DNA of 64,000 bases. It comes from Corallochytrium limacisporum Hawaii (Eukaryota; Protista; Pluriformea). The stretch covers positions 62,001 to 126,000 of the forward strand of contig PDIP01000028.1 in assembly GCA_002811645.1 (NCBI GenBank). The letters are read 5' to 3'. Shown one piece after another: positions 43,837 through 54,392 of the stretch. The translations under genes were made by a program, and so were the position numbers. Each line of letters starts with the position of its first letter. Position 1 is the stretch's first letter. Under the pieces are notes generated by a model. That model saw only the letters and a program-made list of their open reading frames with translations. It searched no databases and was not told the DNA's origin.

Positions 43837-44346
43837 TCAGTCCGTTTCGAGTAAGACTTGGGCCTCTTTAACAACACCGTTGACTTCATCCATGGTCATA
43901 GCGGTTAGTCCGTATCCCAGCGCAGCCAAACTCTTCTCGCCTTCCATTTCACGGACCTTGCGCACAAGCGCTCTTAGTTGCTTGCGGTGGGACTGGACTT
44001 TCTGATCCAAAACATTGTACTCGTTCTCCAATTGTTTCTTAACAAAATCTCGCGGTACTTCCGCAAAGAAATCACCGAAGTGAAACCATAGCGGGTTGTC
44101 AGCCGCTCCTTCATGGTCGCTGACTGCACGGCCGCGACGGATCTGCCCCAGGGCTTCCCGAGCGAGGTTCTTTTGGATCTCCAAGTCGATAATGGCTTGC
44201 CTATCGCCTTGGATCTCTTCAACTATAGCCTCAATTCTCTGCAGCTCATCCAGAATATTTCCAGACCTACGATCGGGGACAGAACTGTCCTCAATGCCCA
44301 GCTCCTGCAGCAGCTCAGGTAGGGTTTGCTGTTGCGAGGCGCTCAT
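43837..44346 (-). CDS. PDRG1: PDRG1-like prefoldin-family protein (PAQosome subunit)
   Basis: EEI..DRQAIIDL..QKNLAREAL, WFHFGDFF, VRKVREMEG...GYGLTAMTMDE. Confidence 0.78.
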   Translation of the reverse strand: MSASQQQTLPELLQELGIEDSSVPDRRSGNILDELQRIEAIVEEIQGDRQAIIDLEIQKNLAREALGQIRRGRAVSDHEGAADNPLWFHFGDFFAEVPRDFVKKQLENEYNVLDQKVQSHRKQLRALVRKVREMEGEKSLAALGYGLTAMTMDEVNGVVKEAQVLLETD

Positions 44347-44945
44347 GGCGCTGCTTGCCCGGAATCCGTCCTCTCTATCACATCCAGACCCTGCATTCCT
44401 TTCTCGGGTCCGCTTGCCAAAAATTTAGAGAGCTTGTAGTTTTGAGTAATCCCAGTACTCAACTAGCTGCGAAGATGATGCCAATCGGTGAGCAACGTCG
44501 GTCGCTCGACGGCTGCTCCTTTCGGAGGCGGGCTCCAGCATAGAGCAGGTGCAGCCCTGCCTCTGTCTCCTCAATGCTCCCTCCCCCCCGGAAGGGGAGG
44601 GAAAGAGGAGGTGGCGGGGGAGGACGGGGCCATTTGCTTGACTCCTCTGAACGGAGGACGCGCGGGGGCATGGCAAGGATTTACTGCGGGGCAGGATACG
44701 AAAGCCTAGAGTACGACTTCCGATTGCTCGGCACTGTGGAACTCCACCCTTTGGAAAATATGCTGTGATACTATTTATGATCAACTCAAGGAAGATATGA
44801 AAATATCACTAATTACGTGACTCATGACGAGCAATTTTATGAAAAAGGACCGTGATCGCACTGTTGGAACCTATGGAGCTGCATTACACAGAATGGAATG
44901 AGCCCTACAATTAGGTGCATTGAGACTTAAGGTAATTTGGCCATA

Positions 44946-46697
44946 ATGACAGGCAAAGGTAGTCGTGGGCGTGGTCGCGGCAGCGCCATGGCTGTCCGTG
45001 GCAAGGGGGCCGTAACGTCGCGCGGCCGTGGAGGCAGTAAAGGCAAGATGAGCCGCGGCGGTGGCAAAGTCGGTGCTGGTGCTAAGAGCTTGGGGAAGAA
45101 GAATCTGCAGCCTGTGGATGATGAAGACGATGTAGAGGAGGAAGAAGAAGACGAAGAGGAGGAGGAAGAAGAGGAAGAAGAAGAGGNNNNNNNNNNNNNN
45201 NNNNNNNNNNNNNNNNNNNNNNAAGACGAAGAGGAGGAGGAAGAGGAGGAAGAAGAAGATGAAGAAGAAGACGATGATGATGAAGAGGAAGAGGAAGAAG
45301 ACGACGACGACGAAGAAGAAGACGAAGAAGAAGAAGAGTCCGTGGATGTCACCACTGGTGGCAAACGTAAGGGTGGTAGTGCATCAGCCCCAGGAAAACG
45401 GATCAAGGGCACAATATCTGGAAAAGGGGCGTTCACTGGCAAAGGTGGAAAAGGAGGCAAAGGGGGCAAAGTTGGCAAAGGAGTGGTCGGTAAGGGCAAG
45501 TACAATTTCACTGGCACCGATGGAGAGACTGAAGCCTCGGACACGGGCAAGGACTCCGAGGAAGAAGAAGAAGATGAAGACGAAGAGGATGAGGATGAGG
45601 AAGAAAATCTTGACGAAGATGTCGACATCTTGGGTGATGACCCTGCACCGCATGGAGGTGCCAACATTGAACGTTTTCAGAACCAAGCACCCGTTGCCAA
45701 ACTCAGTGGTAAGGGTGCAGTAATGGCCCTTGAACAGAAGAAGAAGGCTGCCGCAGCGGCCAAGCGCAAGGCCGAGGCTAAGCGCCGAGAGGAGGCACGG
45801 AAGAAAGAACTGGAAATCATCGCACAGATTGAGAGTGAGGCTCAGAAAAGGAAGGCAGCCAAGGCCAAGAAGGCTGCAGAAGAGAAGGCATTGAAGGAGA
45901 AGAAAGCGAAACAAAAGAAAGAGGCAAGCGCCAAAGCCAAATCAGCAAAAGAGAAGGCTAAGGCAGCCAAGACAAAGTCAAAGGTCAAGAATAAGGGCAA
46001 GGCCGCTGGCGACGGGGCAGACAGCTCAGACCCCGTGGCTGCTGCCGCCGCTCTGATTGCTGAGAAATTGCTCTCGGAGCAGACTTCCACCAAGGCTGAC
46101 AAGGAAAGCAAATCGTCCGCGCCGGATATGGACATCGCACCAACGGCAAAACCTCTACCGGCCCCAACCTGGAATCCTCTGAGCCACCTCGCGTCCCTTG
46201 GTAGTTCAAAGACCACCTCTGTCAAGGTGGGGATGGGAATGACGTTACAACGAAGTGGTTCGATGTCGACCAAGACCTCACCCTTTGGCAAGGACATGGA
46301 TCAGGCCACCCGCGAGGCTGAACAACTTGCCACTCGCGAACTGCTCAATCGCCGTGCGCTCCGGGAGTTGATGAACCAGATCGTTCCGGATAAGCGCGTG
46401 GAACACGAGGTGGAAGGCTACCTTCTACAGATGGCTGACGACTTCGTTGAGCGTGTGACCGCTGCTGCGTGCTCCCTTGCCCGCCATCGGGGAGCCAAGA
46501 GCCTTGGCGTGCAGGACGTTGCACTGCATCTAAAGCGCTACTGGGGTATTTCTGTGCCCGGATTTGGAGTCGACAAAGCAGACACTGCTCGCGTTCTGCC
46601 GGTGTCGGAAAGCCATGCTGCTCGAATGCTCCGCATCGGGCGTCTGCAGGCCGCCGCATCAAGCACAAAGAAGGGGGCACCTTCAACGTCAGCATGA
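44946..46697 (+). CDS. TAF12: TAF12 (TFIID/SAGA histone-fold subunit) with long basic/acidic N-terminal extension; spans a 36-N gap
   Basis: C-terminal LLNRRALRELM...VEGYLLQMADDFVERVTAAACSLARHR..LGVQDVALHLKRYWGISVPGF...HAARM. Confidence 0.85.
   Translation: MTGKGSRGRGRGSAMAVRGKGAVTSRGRGGSKGKMSRGGGKVGAGAKSLGKKNLQPVDDEDDVEEEEEDEEEEEEEEEEEXXXXXXXXXXXXXDEEEEEEEEEEDEEEDDDDEEEEEEDDDDEEEDEEEEESVDVTTGGKRKGGSASAPGKRIKGTISGKGAFTGKGGKGGKGGKVGKGVVGKGKYNFTGTDGETEASDTGKDSEEEEEDEDEEDEDEEENLDEDVDILGDDPAPHGGANIERFQNQAPVAKLSGKGAVMALEQKKKAAAAAKRKAEAKRREEARKKELEIIAQIESEAQKRKAAKAKKAAEEKALKEKKAKQKKEASAKAKSAKEKAKAAKTKSKVKNKGKAAGDGADSSDPVAAAAALIAEKLLSEQTSTKADKESKSSAPDMDIAPTAKPLPAPTWNPLSHLASLGSSKTTSVKVGMGMTLQRSGSMSTKTSPFGKDMDQATREAEQLATRELLNRRALRELMNQIVPDKRVEHEVEGYLLQMADDFVERVTAAACSLARHRGAKSLGVQDVALHLKRYWGISVPGFGVDKADTARVLPVSESHAARMLRIGRLQAAASSTKKGAPSTSA
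45115..45340 (+). repeat. GAR/GAY-rich coding repeat (poly-Glu/Asp) containing a 36-N gap (45187-45222)
   Basis: Visible directly. Confidence 0.9.
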
Positions 46698-46799
46698 AAA
46701 ATAGATCCCAACCGGAATGAGATAATGAGGTGTGTTAAGTATATTAACAACGTAAAATTGTGTGTATGATGAGGGTATGAATGTGATCTGAACAACAGC

Positions 46800-49700
46800 T
46801 TACATCTGCTCACGAGAATCGACTTCTTGAAGCTTGCGGTTGGGTGAGTCCTCGAGCTCGCCCTCATCCGTACTTAGAATCTCGTTTCCGCTGGCCGGCA
46901 CGGGCATGGCAGAGATCGGCTTGCCCTCCTCAGACTGAGAAATGTGCCGAGTTGGACTCGCCGGGTAGCCCTCCGCGGAGCCTCGGCCGTGAGTTGTCTT
47001 CCGCATAAGCGCCTGCAGGAGCTCCTGCTGCGCATCCACACCGAGACCGTCCAGGAAGGAGTCCAGGGCATGGCCACCGGAGCCAATTAGCTGCTTGAGT
47101 CCAACTGCAGACTCGCGCGCCACAACGTCGACCATAGCAGCGACGACGTCATCTTGGGTGCTAGTCAGCCAGGTATGGCGCGCCTTGTCGTTGTTGACGT
47201 TAGGGCAGCCAAACCGTTCCATACGGTGCAGCTCCCTGAACATTAGCTTGCGGATCTCAGCCGTCTTCAGATGCGTCGTAGTGGGTGCACCGGGTCCGGT
47301 AGCCTTGGAGATTGCCTCGGCCACAAGATCCTCTTGCAACAGACGCAGGGACATGCGCCAGTAGAAGAAGGTACGTGAGTTGCGCCAGGGCACAATACGG
47401 CGGATGGTGTTCTTCTCCAGCATGCGCTCGGGGCGATCGTGCAAGTCAGCGTACTGCACAGCAATCTGGTGATAGATCGGCTCGAGCTGCTTGATACGAT
47501 CGTTAAGATCACCCTGCAACTTGTTCTTAAGCTTGCTGTCGTTCTTGACCTCATCGCTCTTCAATTTGGCGTTCAAGTCGCGCGTGACTGGGTCCAAGCG
47601 GCTGATGGCTGCGATGATATCACGACGCTTGAACTTAATCTCTACAATACCGGACGGTTCCAAAATGCCACCACGGCTGTCCTCTGCAGCATACATTTCC
47701 ATCATTTCACTATTGATGAAAGGATCCACCACAACCCATGCACCACCACGAAGCTCACCGTTCGGCGGAATGTAGACAAAGATGGGCTGGTTGTAGCTGC
47801 GCAGGGCGTCCACAATGTACGAACCGTACTTCAGTACTTCATCAAACATGTCACGCTGACCACCGCTGAAACCGCGCCAGTTGGCAAAGATGAAGAGCGG
47901 CAGTTCTTCGCGATTGAAGTCCTGAAGCGCCTGTGCAGTCTTGTATGCCGAATTCGGGTACCAGACCTGGCCGGCCTCGTGCCTGAGCTCGACACGGGAA
48001 TCTGGGTTGGCTGCATCGGCAGGGTGCAGGTTCTCGATGGTGCGGGTTTCAACAGCAATCACACCGACAGCGACGCCGCCGAGGCGGGCATGACCGGCGA
48101 TGACAGTGTTGGCCCAGCCTTCGAGTTTCTCGACCCAGGTGCCGCGATCAAAGAATCCACCGTTGAAGTACTTGGAGTTGCCGTTCTCTTCCTCATAACC
48201 GGTCAGGAAGACGCGGGGGTCAGAGGGGCTTGCAGTGGGCACCACATCGATTGGACGGTCCACGGGGTCCCACGTACAGCTCAGTGTCGGCCGCGGACCG
48301 CCTTTCACCTTCGGCACGTTGCTCAGCCACATGAGCATTTGGCTAATACCAACAAAGTCATTGGAGACAACCAGGTTACTCACACCATTACGGTACATGA
48401 TCGGCACTCCACCAATTTGTACATTGGAGCCGTAGACTTCGCGCCCCAGTACCTTGTTAAGAGCATTCGCACCAGTGAGCAGAATGCTAGAGTCCAGCAC
48501 CTGCACCACACGGCTGCCAAGGCGCACCAGATAAGCACCAATGCCGACGGCATGGAATGAGACCATAGAAATGGTGAAGATCTCATCATAAGCCCTGCTG
48601 GTCTCACCAGCAATTAGACCAGATCCCTGCAGGTTTTCAACACCCATACCGTGAGATTCGCCAATGACGGCATCGATAACATAGTGCACTTCGCCCTCGG
48701 GAGTCTCCCGCTTCGTGCATTTCACAGCATTGTCCGTAGGCATCGTCATGTAGTCGTCCTCAGACAGATACAGATATTTAACACCGCTCGCGGGTTGATC
48801 GGGGTCGACCCAGCAGACACGGAAGCGCTGTTTGGCCCAGTCCGACAAACCGATGCGTGCACCACTGTTGCAGGCCAAGAACATGCGTGGAATCTTCTTG
48901 GCGCGGGCATATCGACTTGCAGCGTTGAAAACGGCGCCTTCCTCAATGCCGAACGATCCGACACGATGCGTGATGTCGTTGGCGATAACAACAACGTCAC
49001 GACCTTCAGGACACTCAGGGGTGCGCATGGTCATTTCCCAAGCGATGACACCGCACGCGTCTTCCGACGTGGAGTCCGCAATATCACCAGAGCCGTTACG
49101 ATGCGGCTCGCACGGATACACGTAGTCTTCGTTGGAGTAATTCGGGGGCCGTTCAGTCTTGCGGCACACAACAGAGTTCAGCGCCGTCTCGAGATGGCCT
49201 TCAGTGCGGCTGTTGGCAAAGCCGGAATCCAAAGAATGTCCACTAGCTCTTCCGTCCTCGCTGCGCGGCACCTCCCTGTTGGATCCGGGGGACAATGGGC
49301 TCGTCACAGCCTCCTTGTGGCTCTTGCTCTGCCCATCACTGTGCACAGATTGGGCACTGCCTTCCGTCTCGGTCACGTTTGCGATGCTAGCGGCAGCCAC
49401 AGCCTTGTCATCAGAGCCAGCCTTCACAAACTTCAGGCGGCGCACAACCAGCGGTGTCTCAGGCATCTTGTGGCGGATGTCCGTGACCTCCTTGAGAGCC
49501 AGATGGTCACGCCAGCGGTCTTGTAGAGCAAGCTGGAACACCAGTGGGATGTCATCGACAAATGTGGTACCCCTCATCTGTGCCTCCGCCCTACGACCCT
49601 CGACAGCGTCCAGAAGCTTGTACGGAGTAGCACAGTCCTGGCCTTCCAAGGGTCCAGCAGGACTGCCAATGGTACTATACTTGGCGGTGCCAGTCTCGTA

Positions 49701-52700
49701 GTATGTCTCTCCGGCAGACCGGCTGGGCTCGTAAATTGGAGATTCAGAGAACTCCCGATACGTGTGCACCATCACTGCCGAAGCGTAACCCAGCTTACAG
49801 TCCACAAAAATACGCACTGGTGTCTGGATTTGATCCGGACCAGTTGTCAAGTTCAGACGCAGCTCAATTTCGCTCACCCGCAGCTTGAACAAGCGGTCTA
49901 AATGGCGCAGAGAAATAGCCTTCACATGGCTACCCAGCTGCACAGCATCAACCAGGAGATTAGGCAAGAAGTTGAGGAAGATGTGATTGTGGCAGGTCCT
50001 CGAGTAGGCAGCATCGTTAACCTTGATGTCCAGAGCGTTCATGGACACGATAATGTACCGCTCCAATTCATCCAAGAAATAGCGCAGGGAGGCGCTGGCG
50101 TCATTGGGCACAACATCCTGGTGACGCACGATCATACGCACAAACAGGCGGCGCTCTACCCACTTCTTCGGGTCCTCGCGTATGCCCTTGGCGAAGTACA
50201 TATGTACCATCTCAATGGAGGGTACATGTCGAATCTCATAGTTGGTCATTCTGGCAATCTCCAGTTGGTTCACCAAACCAGGTTCAATGTGGCGATAAAT
50301 GCTGTCTTCGTGGTATGCGTAGCACTCGCGGAAAGTAAAGTACTTGTTGTTCTTTTCGGCGCGGCAGACGATAAATGTGACCCGACGCACTCCATGATCG
50401 CTCAAGGTTGTCTTATTTTCGGCCAGGAGAGTGCTGAATATCTTGCCCAGTTTGTCATCGTCGTCGCTGTTCTCGAAAATCTCGCCCTTCAGCACAATGC
50501 ATGCCACATTCTTAGAATCCCGTAGACCAGCAGTGCCCTTCTTCATAGGGATGTAGGTGAAAAAGCGGGGGATCAGATTATCAAACTTAGCCTTGGAATC
50601 CACACAGATCATGAAGCCTTCACGGACCCCAATGCCGTAGTCGCCCTCGTTGTTGCGACGATTGCGCAATCTGGTCAACCGAGTGCTCATTTTGTTGAAA
50701 TCTTCCTCGCTCCAAGAGTTGGACCGCGACTTGCTACCAAGGGGAACAGGCATAGGCACGGCAGTTCCCGGAAGTATGTAGCGCCACTCCACAACCACCT
50801 CTCCTTCGAAGCGGCCCAGACCAACTCTTTCCAGAGTGTAGGGACGGTACGCGCGGCGTACATACACTTCAAACGCGGCGGCACGAATGTCAACATCTTC
50901 ATGGAAGAGGAACCCGGTCAGAATGCTGAAAATGGAAGTCGGTGTGTCAACTAGCTGATGTAACGTCGACGCCGCATCGCCACCCATGCTGTTCAGTGCG
51001 TTCTGCAGAAGAGTGGCTACCTGGAAACGGCGTTTCTCGTAGGAAGGCAGCTGAGCAGCCAAGAAAATCTGCCGGGCGTGCAGAGACACAACCGCACAGT
51101 CACTGTCAGCCAGGTTGGCAAGATCTTGAAGGATCTTGTGGTCTTCGTCATTGACGTTCGAATACTTCTGGTCGTACAGAGCGGTCAGAATGCCATCAAT
51201 GACTTTGTTCTTCGACGCCACACGGGCATGGCTGCGAATAATGTTCACCACATAGGAAAGATTCTCGCGATGTTGACTACGTAATTCAAGAATGACGTCC
51301 TCGTAAGGTTTGCTGCGATTCTTTTCATTGAAAAGATTTTCCACATCTAGGAAGCGTAGCAGAACTGCCCGAAGTGCATTCTTCATCTGGCGCATATGTC
51401 CATTGCGGTACTTCTCGCTGATCTCGATGATGGGCATGAGAGTCTCGTAGAGCTTAGTGCGGTCGTCATGATCGCGCATAACTGCAGCGGAACGCTTGAT
51501 TTCGTTGGATATCTCCGCAGTCGGGAAGGTGTAGAACATTGAATCCACAGACAGGAAAGCATGATCAATGATGGTGCGTAAACGCTTCTCCAATTTGTCG
51601 GGAATGCGGCCGCTGACCGTAGAAAGAGACGTCAACACCTCGTGCAGAGGTGTCGTAGGGTTCTTGAGCGCATCAATGAAGTTGGCCAGAGCATCGTTGA
51701 CGTACGCAGTGAAGAGGGGTTCAGGGAAATCATATCCGTCCATGACAGCTTCTAGGATCGTTTGAGCCTTCTCACGTATGTGATGGGGTTTCCGGCTACC
51801 TGCCAAATAAGTCATCCACTCAGGGAATCCATCCTCAAAACGACTCGGTCGCTGAACCCGAGAGGGATCGTCCAAGGTGAGATTGCCAATGATTTCTCCC
51901 GCCTGAACAACTGCACCAGGATTCTTACTTTGGCGCAGAACACCGCTTTCGGAGGCAACGAGGGGCATGTACATCTTCATGACCTCGATCTCTGCGTAGG
52001 CCTGGCCAGACTTAACGTGACCCTCATCTGGCACGAGATAACGGACAAGCTTTCCGGGGGACGGAGTGCGAAGTAGTGACGGATCGCGCTCCTTCTCAAT
52101 ATTCACAGTCAGGCCATTGATCATGACATTGTAGCCTTGCGCATTCTCAGACATGTACACAACGTAGTTCTTGCCACCAATGCAAGCCAGCAGACCACCG
52201 TCCTGCATGACGTCAATGTCGGCGAAGATGGCCTTGCCATTCATCAGCATAACATAGTGTCCCACCCGACAAAGTGCCACTGTGATAGGATACTTGACAT
52301 TGTTCAAGACCAGCTCGAGCTCAATATTGTAGCGCAAGTAGCGACGACTGGGCACCTGACCCTTGCTAATGGCATCCACATAGGTCTGGAATCTCTCAAG
52401 AATCACCTTGTATCCGATGAAGAGAGTCGTGCAGACAATGGCCAACATGTTATTCGGTTTCTCAGCTGTGACCTTTTCCCGAATCAAACCATCAAGCCAC
52501 GCTGTGTCGTATACATTCTTCTGGAACACTGGAGTGTTTATGAGCATTTGCAGGTAGTTCAAATTGTTGGGGAACTCACCAATGATCACAGTCTCCTTCA
52601 GGCATGCATCCAAAGTGTCCCGAGCTTCGTCTCTCGTCCTACCCCAAGAGAATACGTGGCCAAACTGACTGTCCGCAAATGAGTGAAGGGAGGCCGACGG

Positions 52701-54392
52701 ACTGACGCTAAAGTAACCCCAAATGTTCGCGAAGGAGGGGAACTTGAGCATCTGTAGCTCACCATTGCCGGGTTTGAAACCAGCATCACCGTCTTCAGCG
52801 GTGATGCGGACGGCGATAACGTGTCCTTTAGGCTTGACCTTACATTCGGAGAGATTAGGAATCGGCTCAACGCTGCGTTCATCTGGGATATCGAAGGCTC
52901 TTCGCACATCCGGAATCGCATGCAATGGGATACCCATAGCAACCTGCAGCTGACAAGCTGGCAGATTAATCTTGCAAACTGCCTCTGTGCATGGATGCTC
53001 AACCTGCAAGCGAGGATTCAGCTCCAAGAAATAGTAGTGCTTGTCTTCCGGGCAGTACAGGAACTCCACAGTTCCCGCACTGACGTATCCAACCGTCTGT
53101 GCCAGCCTGACAGCATCGTCTTGCATCTTCACAAAGATCTCTGGTGGTACTGCAATAGGAGGCGCTTCCTCGATGATCTTCTGATGACGTCGCTGGACAC
53201 TGCAGTCACGTCCACTGAGGGCGATAGCCGTACCAAAAGCATCTGCCAACAACTGTACCTCGATATGCCGAGCACCACTGATCAGCTTGGTGACAAAGAT
53301 GGGGCTGCCAGGAATCTCTCCCTGGACTTGACGGAAGGCATGATTGAAGTGTTGGCCGTCGTCAACTCGGCGAATTCCCTTACCACCGCCACCCTCACTG
53401 GCCTTGATCATGACCGGGAAGCCAATTCGTTCAGCAGCAGCTAAACCATCCTCAGCGTTGGTGACATTGCACTCCTCGAACTCCTCCGGGAGTACCTCGA
53501 TGGGCCACTCGCTGAGACGTTCATCAGACAATGTCACATGGCTACCGTTCCAAGGAATGGTTGGCACGTTCACACTCTGAGCAACAAGGGAAGCATTGAT
53601 TTTGTCTCCCAAAGACCGCATGCAGTGCCCAGGAGGGCCCACAAAGGCAACCGTCCTTGACGCACCCCCATGGTTTGGTAAATCATCGGTAGAGTAGCTA
53701 GTTTCAATGTCCAGCTGGTGCTGGTTATCATCGCCCTCCTCACCAGTCGCAAATTGATCCATGTCCTCGTCATCGCTGTTCAAAGAAGACTCTTCACTGC
53801 TGTCAGGACGCACAAGGTCTTGAATGTCGATCAGTCCATCAGGAAGAGCAGGGTTCTCACTCGCGTGTCCCCAACCGGGCCAGATGGCACTGCACTTGGC
53901 TCGCTCAGCAATATCGATGAGAAGATCAACGTTTCCGTAGTTGTGGTTAGATGAACCACCATCCACGTTGTAGACTTCGTCGACCAGCTTCAGGAACTCA
54001 CTGTTGCCTTCCATGTCTTCCTTGCTGGCGATACCCACAATCTCAATAACGTGGGAGTCACCAAATGTGGAGTCACACCAATGACGAAGGGACCGGGTGA
54101 ATTTAACGGCAGCGTTACCATTGTTGGCGATCAGGACCTTCCGAATCGGCCGCTTACCCTGTTTGCTCTTTACGTATGCAGCGACTGAGTTGTAATGGTT
54201 CTGATTCCGGTGGACCCGGCCTTTCGCAGCAGCAAGACGAACGCTGGCCTCCCGAGACATAGGAGGCCTGACTCCAGCCTTCACCATCTCTTCAACAGAG
54301 GCAATCTTTGATACGACGTTAGCACCACCGACAACTGGCGCACTGTCAGCGCCAGTTTGAGGGATCGGTGCGTCACCGCCCTTGTTGGACAT
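46800..54392 (-). CDS. ACC1: Single-chain acetyl-CoA carboxylase (BC-BCCP-central-CT)
   Basis: KVLIANNG, WPGWGHASEN, KASEGGGGKG, RDCSVQRRHQK, biotin site EVMKM, NSGARIG, ANWRGFSGG, GELRGGAW. First ATG at 54392; intronless 7.6 kb ORF. Confidence 0.97.
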   Translation of the reverse strand: MSNKGGDAPIPQTGADSAPVVGGANVVSKIASVEEMVKAGVRPPMSREASVRLAAAKGRVHRNQNHYNSVAAYVKSKQGKRPIRKVLIANNGNAAVKFTRSLRHWCDSTFGDSHVIEIVGIASKEDMEGNSEFLKLVDEVYNVDGGSSNHNYGNVDLLIDIAERAKCSAIWPGWGHASENPALPDGLIDIQDLVRPDSSEESSLNSDDEDMDQFATGEEGDDNQHQLDIETSYSTDDLPNHGGASRTVAFVGPPGHCMRSLGDKINASLVAQSVNVPTIPWNGSHVTLSDERLSEWPIEVLPEEFEECNVTNAEDGLAAAERIGFPVMIKASEGGGGKGIRRVDDGQHFNHAFRQVQGEIPGSPIFVTKLISGARHIEVQLLADAFGTAIALSGRDCSVQRRHQKIIEEAPPIAVPPEIFVKMQDDAVRLAQTVGYVSAGTVEFLYCPEDKHYYFLELNPRLQVEHPCTEAVCKINLPACQLQVAMGIPLHAIPDVRRAFDIPDERSVEPIPNLSECKVKPKGHVIAVRITAEDGDAGFKPGNGELQMLKFPSFANIWGYFSVSPSASLHSFADSQFGHVFSWGRTRDEARDTLDACLKETVIIGEFPNNLNYLQMLINTPVFQKNVYDTAWLDGLIREKVTAEKPNNMLAIVCTTLFIGYKVILERFQTYVDAISKGQVPSRRYLRYNIELELVLNNVKYPITVALCRVGHYVMLMNGKAIFADIDVMQDGGLLACIGGKNYVVYMSENAQGYNVMINGLTVNIEKERDPSLLRTPSPGKLVRYLVPDEGHVKSGQAYAEIEVMKMYMPLVASESGVLRQSKNPGAVVQAGEIIGNLTLDDPSRVQRPSRFEDGFPEWMTYLAGSRKPHHIREKAQTILEAVMDGYDFPEPLFTAYVNDALANFIDALKNPTTPLHEVLTSLSTVSGRIPDKLEKRLRTIIDHAFLSVDSMFYTFPTAEISNEIKRSAAVMRDHDDRTKLYETLMPIIEISEKYRNGHMRQMKNALRAVLLRFLDVENLFNEKNRSKPYEDVILELRSQHRENLSYVVNIIRSHARVASKNKVIDGILTALYDQKYSNVNDEDHKILQDLANLADSDCAVVSLHARQIFLAAQLPSYEKRRFQVATLLQNALNSMGGDAASTLHQLVDTPTSIFSILTGFLFHEDVDIRAAAFEVYVRRAYRPYTLERVGLGRFEGEVVVEWRYILPGTAVPMPVPLGSKSRSNSWSEEDFNKMSTRLTRLRNRRNNEGDYGIGVREGFMICVDSKAKFDNLIPRFFTYIPMKKGTAGLRDSKNVACIVLKGEIFENSDDDDKLGKIFSTLLAENKTTLSDHGVRRVTFIVCRAEKNNKYFTFRECYAYHEDSIYRHIEPGLVNQLEIARMTNYEIRHVPSIEMVHMYFAKGIREDPKKWVERRLFVRMIVRHQDVVPNDASASLRYFLDELERYIIVSMNALDIKVNDAAYSRTCHNHIFLNFLPNLLVDAVQLGSHVKAISLRHLDRLFKLRVSEIELRLNLTTGPDQIQTPVRIFVDCKLGYASAVMVHTYREFSESPIYEPSRSAGETYYETGTAKYSTIGSPAGPLEGQDCATPYKLLDAVEGRRAEAQMRGTTFVDDIPLVFQLALQDRWRDHLALKEVTDIRHKMPETPLVVRRLKFVKAGSDDKAVAAASIANVTETEGSAQSVHSDGQSKSHKEAVTSPLSPGSNREVPRSEDGRASGHSLDSGFANSRTEGHLETALNSVVCRKTERPPNYSNEDYVYPCEPHRNGSGDIADSTSEDACGVIAWEMTMRTPECPEGRDVVVIANDITHRVGSFGIEEGAVFNAASRYARAKKIPRMFLACNSGARIGLSDWAKQRFRVCWVDPDQPASGVKYLYLSEDDYMTMPTDNAVKCTKRETPEGEVHYVIDAVIGESHGMGVENLQGSGLIAGETSRAYDEIFTISMVSFHAVGIGAYLVRLGSRVVQVLDSSILLTGANALNKVLGREVYGSNVQIGGVPIMYRNGVSNLVVSNDFVGISQMLMWLSNVPKVKGGPRPTLSCTWDPVDRPIDVVPTASPSDPRVFLTGYEEENGNSKYFNGGFFDRGTWVEKLEGWANTVIAGHARLGGVAVGVIAVETRTIENLHPADAANPDSRVELRHEAGQVWYPNSAYKTAQALQDFNREELPLFIFANWRGFSGGQRDMFDEVLKYGSYIVDALRSYNQPIFVYIPPNGELRGGAWVVVDPFINSEMMEMYAAEDSRGGILEPSGIVEIKFKRRDIIAAISRLDPVTRDLNAKLKSDEVKNDSKLKNKLQGDLNDRIKQLEPIYHQIAVQYADLHDRPERMLEKNTIRRIVPWRNSRTFFYWRMSLRLLQEDLVAEAISKATGPGAPTTTHLKTAEIRKLMFRELHRMERFGCPNVNNDKARHTWLTSTQDDVVAAMVDVVARESAVGLKQLIGSGGHALDSFLDGLGVDAQQELLQALMRKTTHGRGSAEGYPASPTRHISQSEEGKPISAMPVPASGNEILSTDEGELEDSPNRKLQEVDSREQM

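Noticed and set aside
47439-53444. Long antisense ORFs (up to 373 aa) opposite ACC, and similar ones opposite other genes
   Set aside because: Expected shadow ORFs arising from codon bias.
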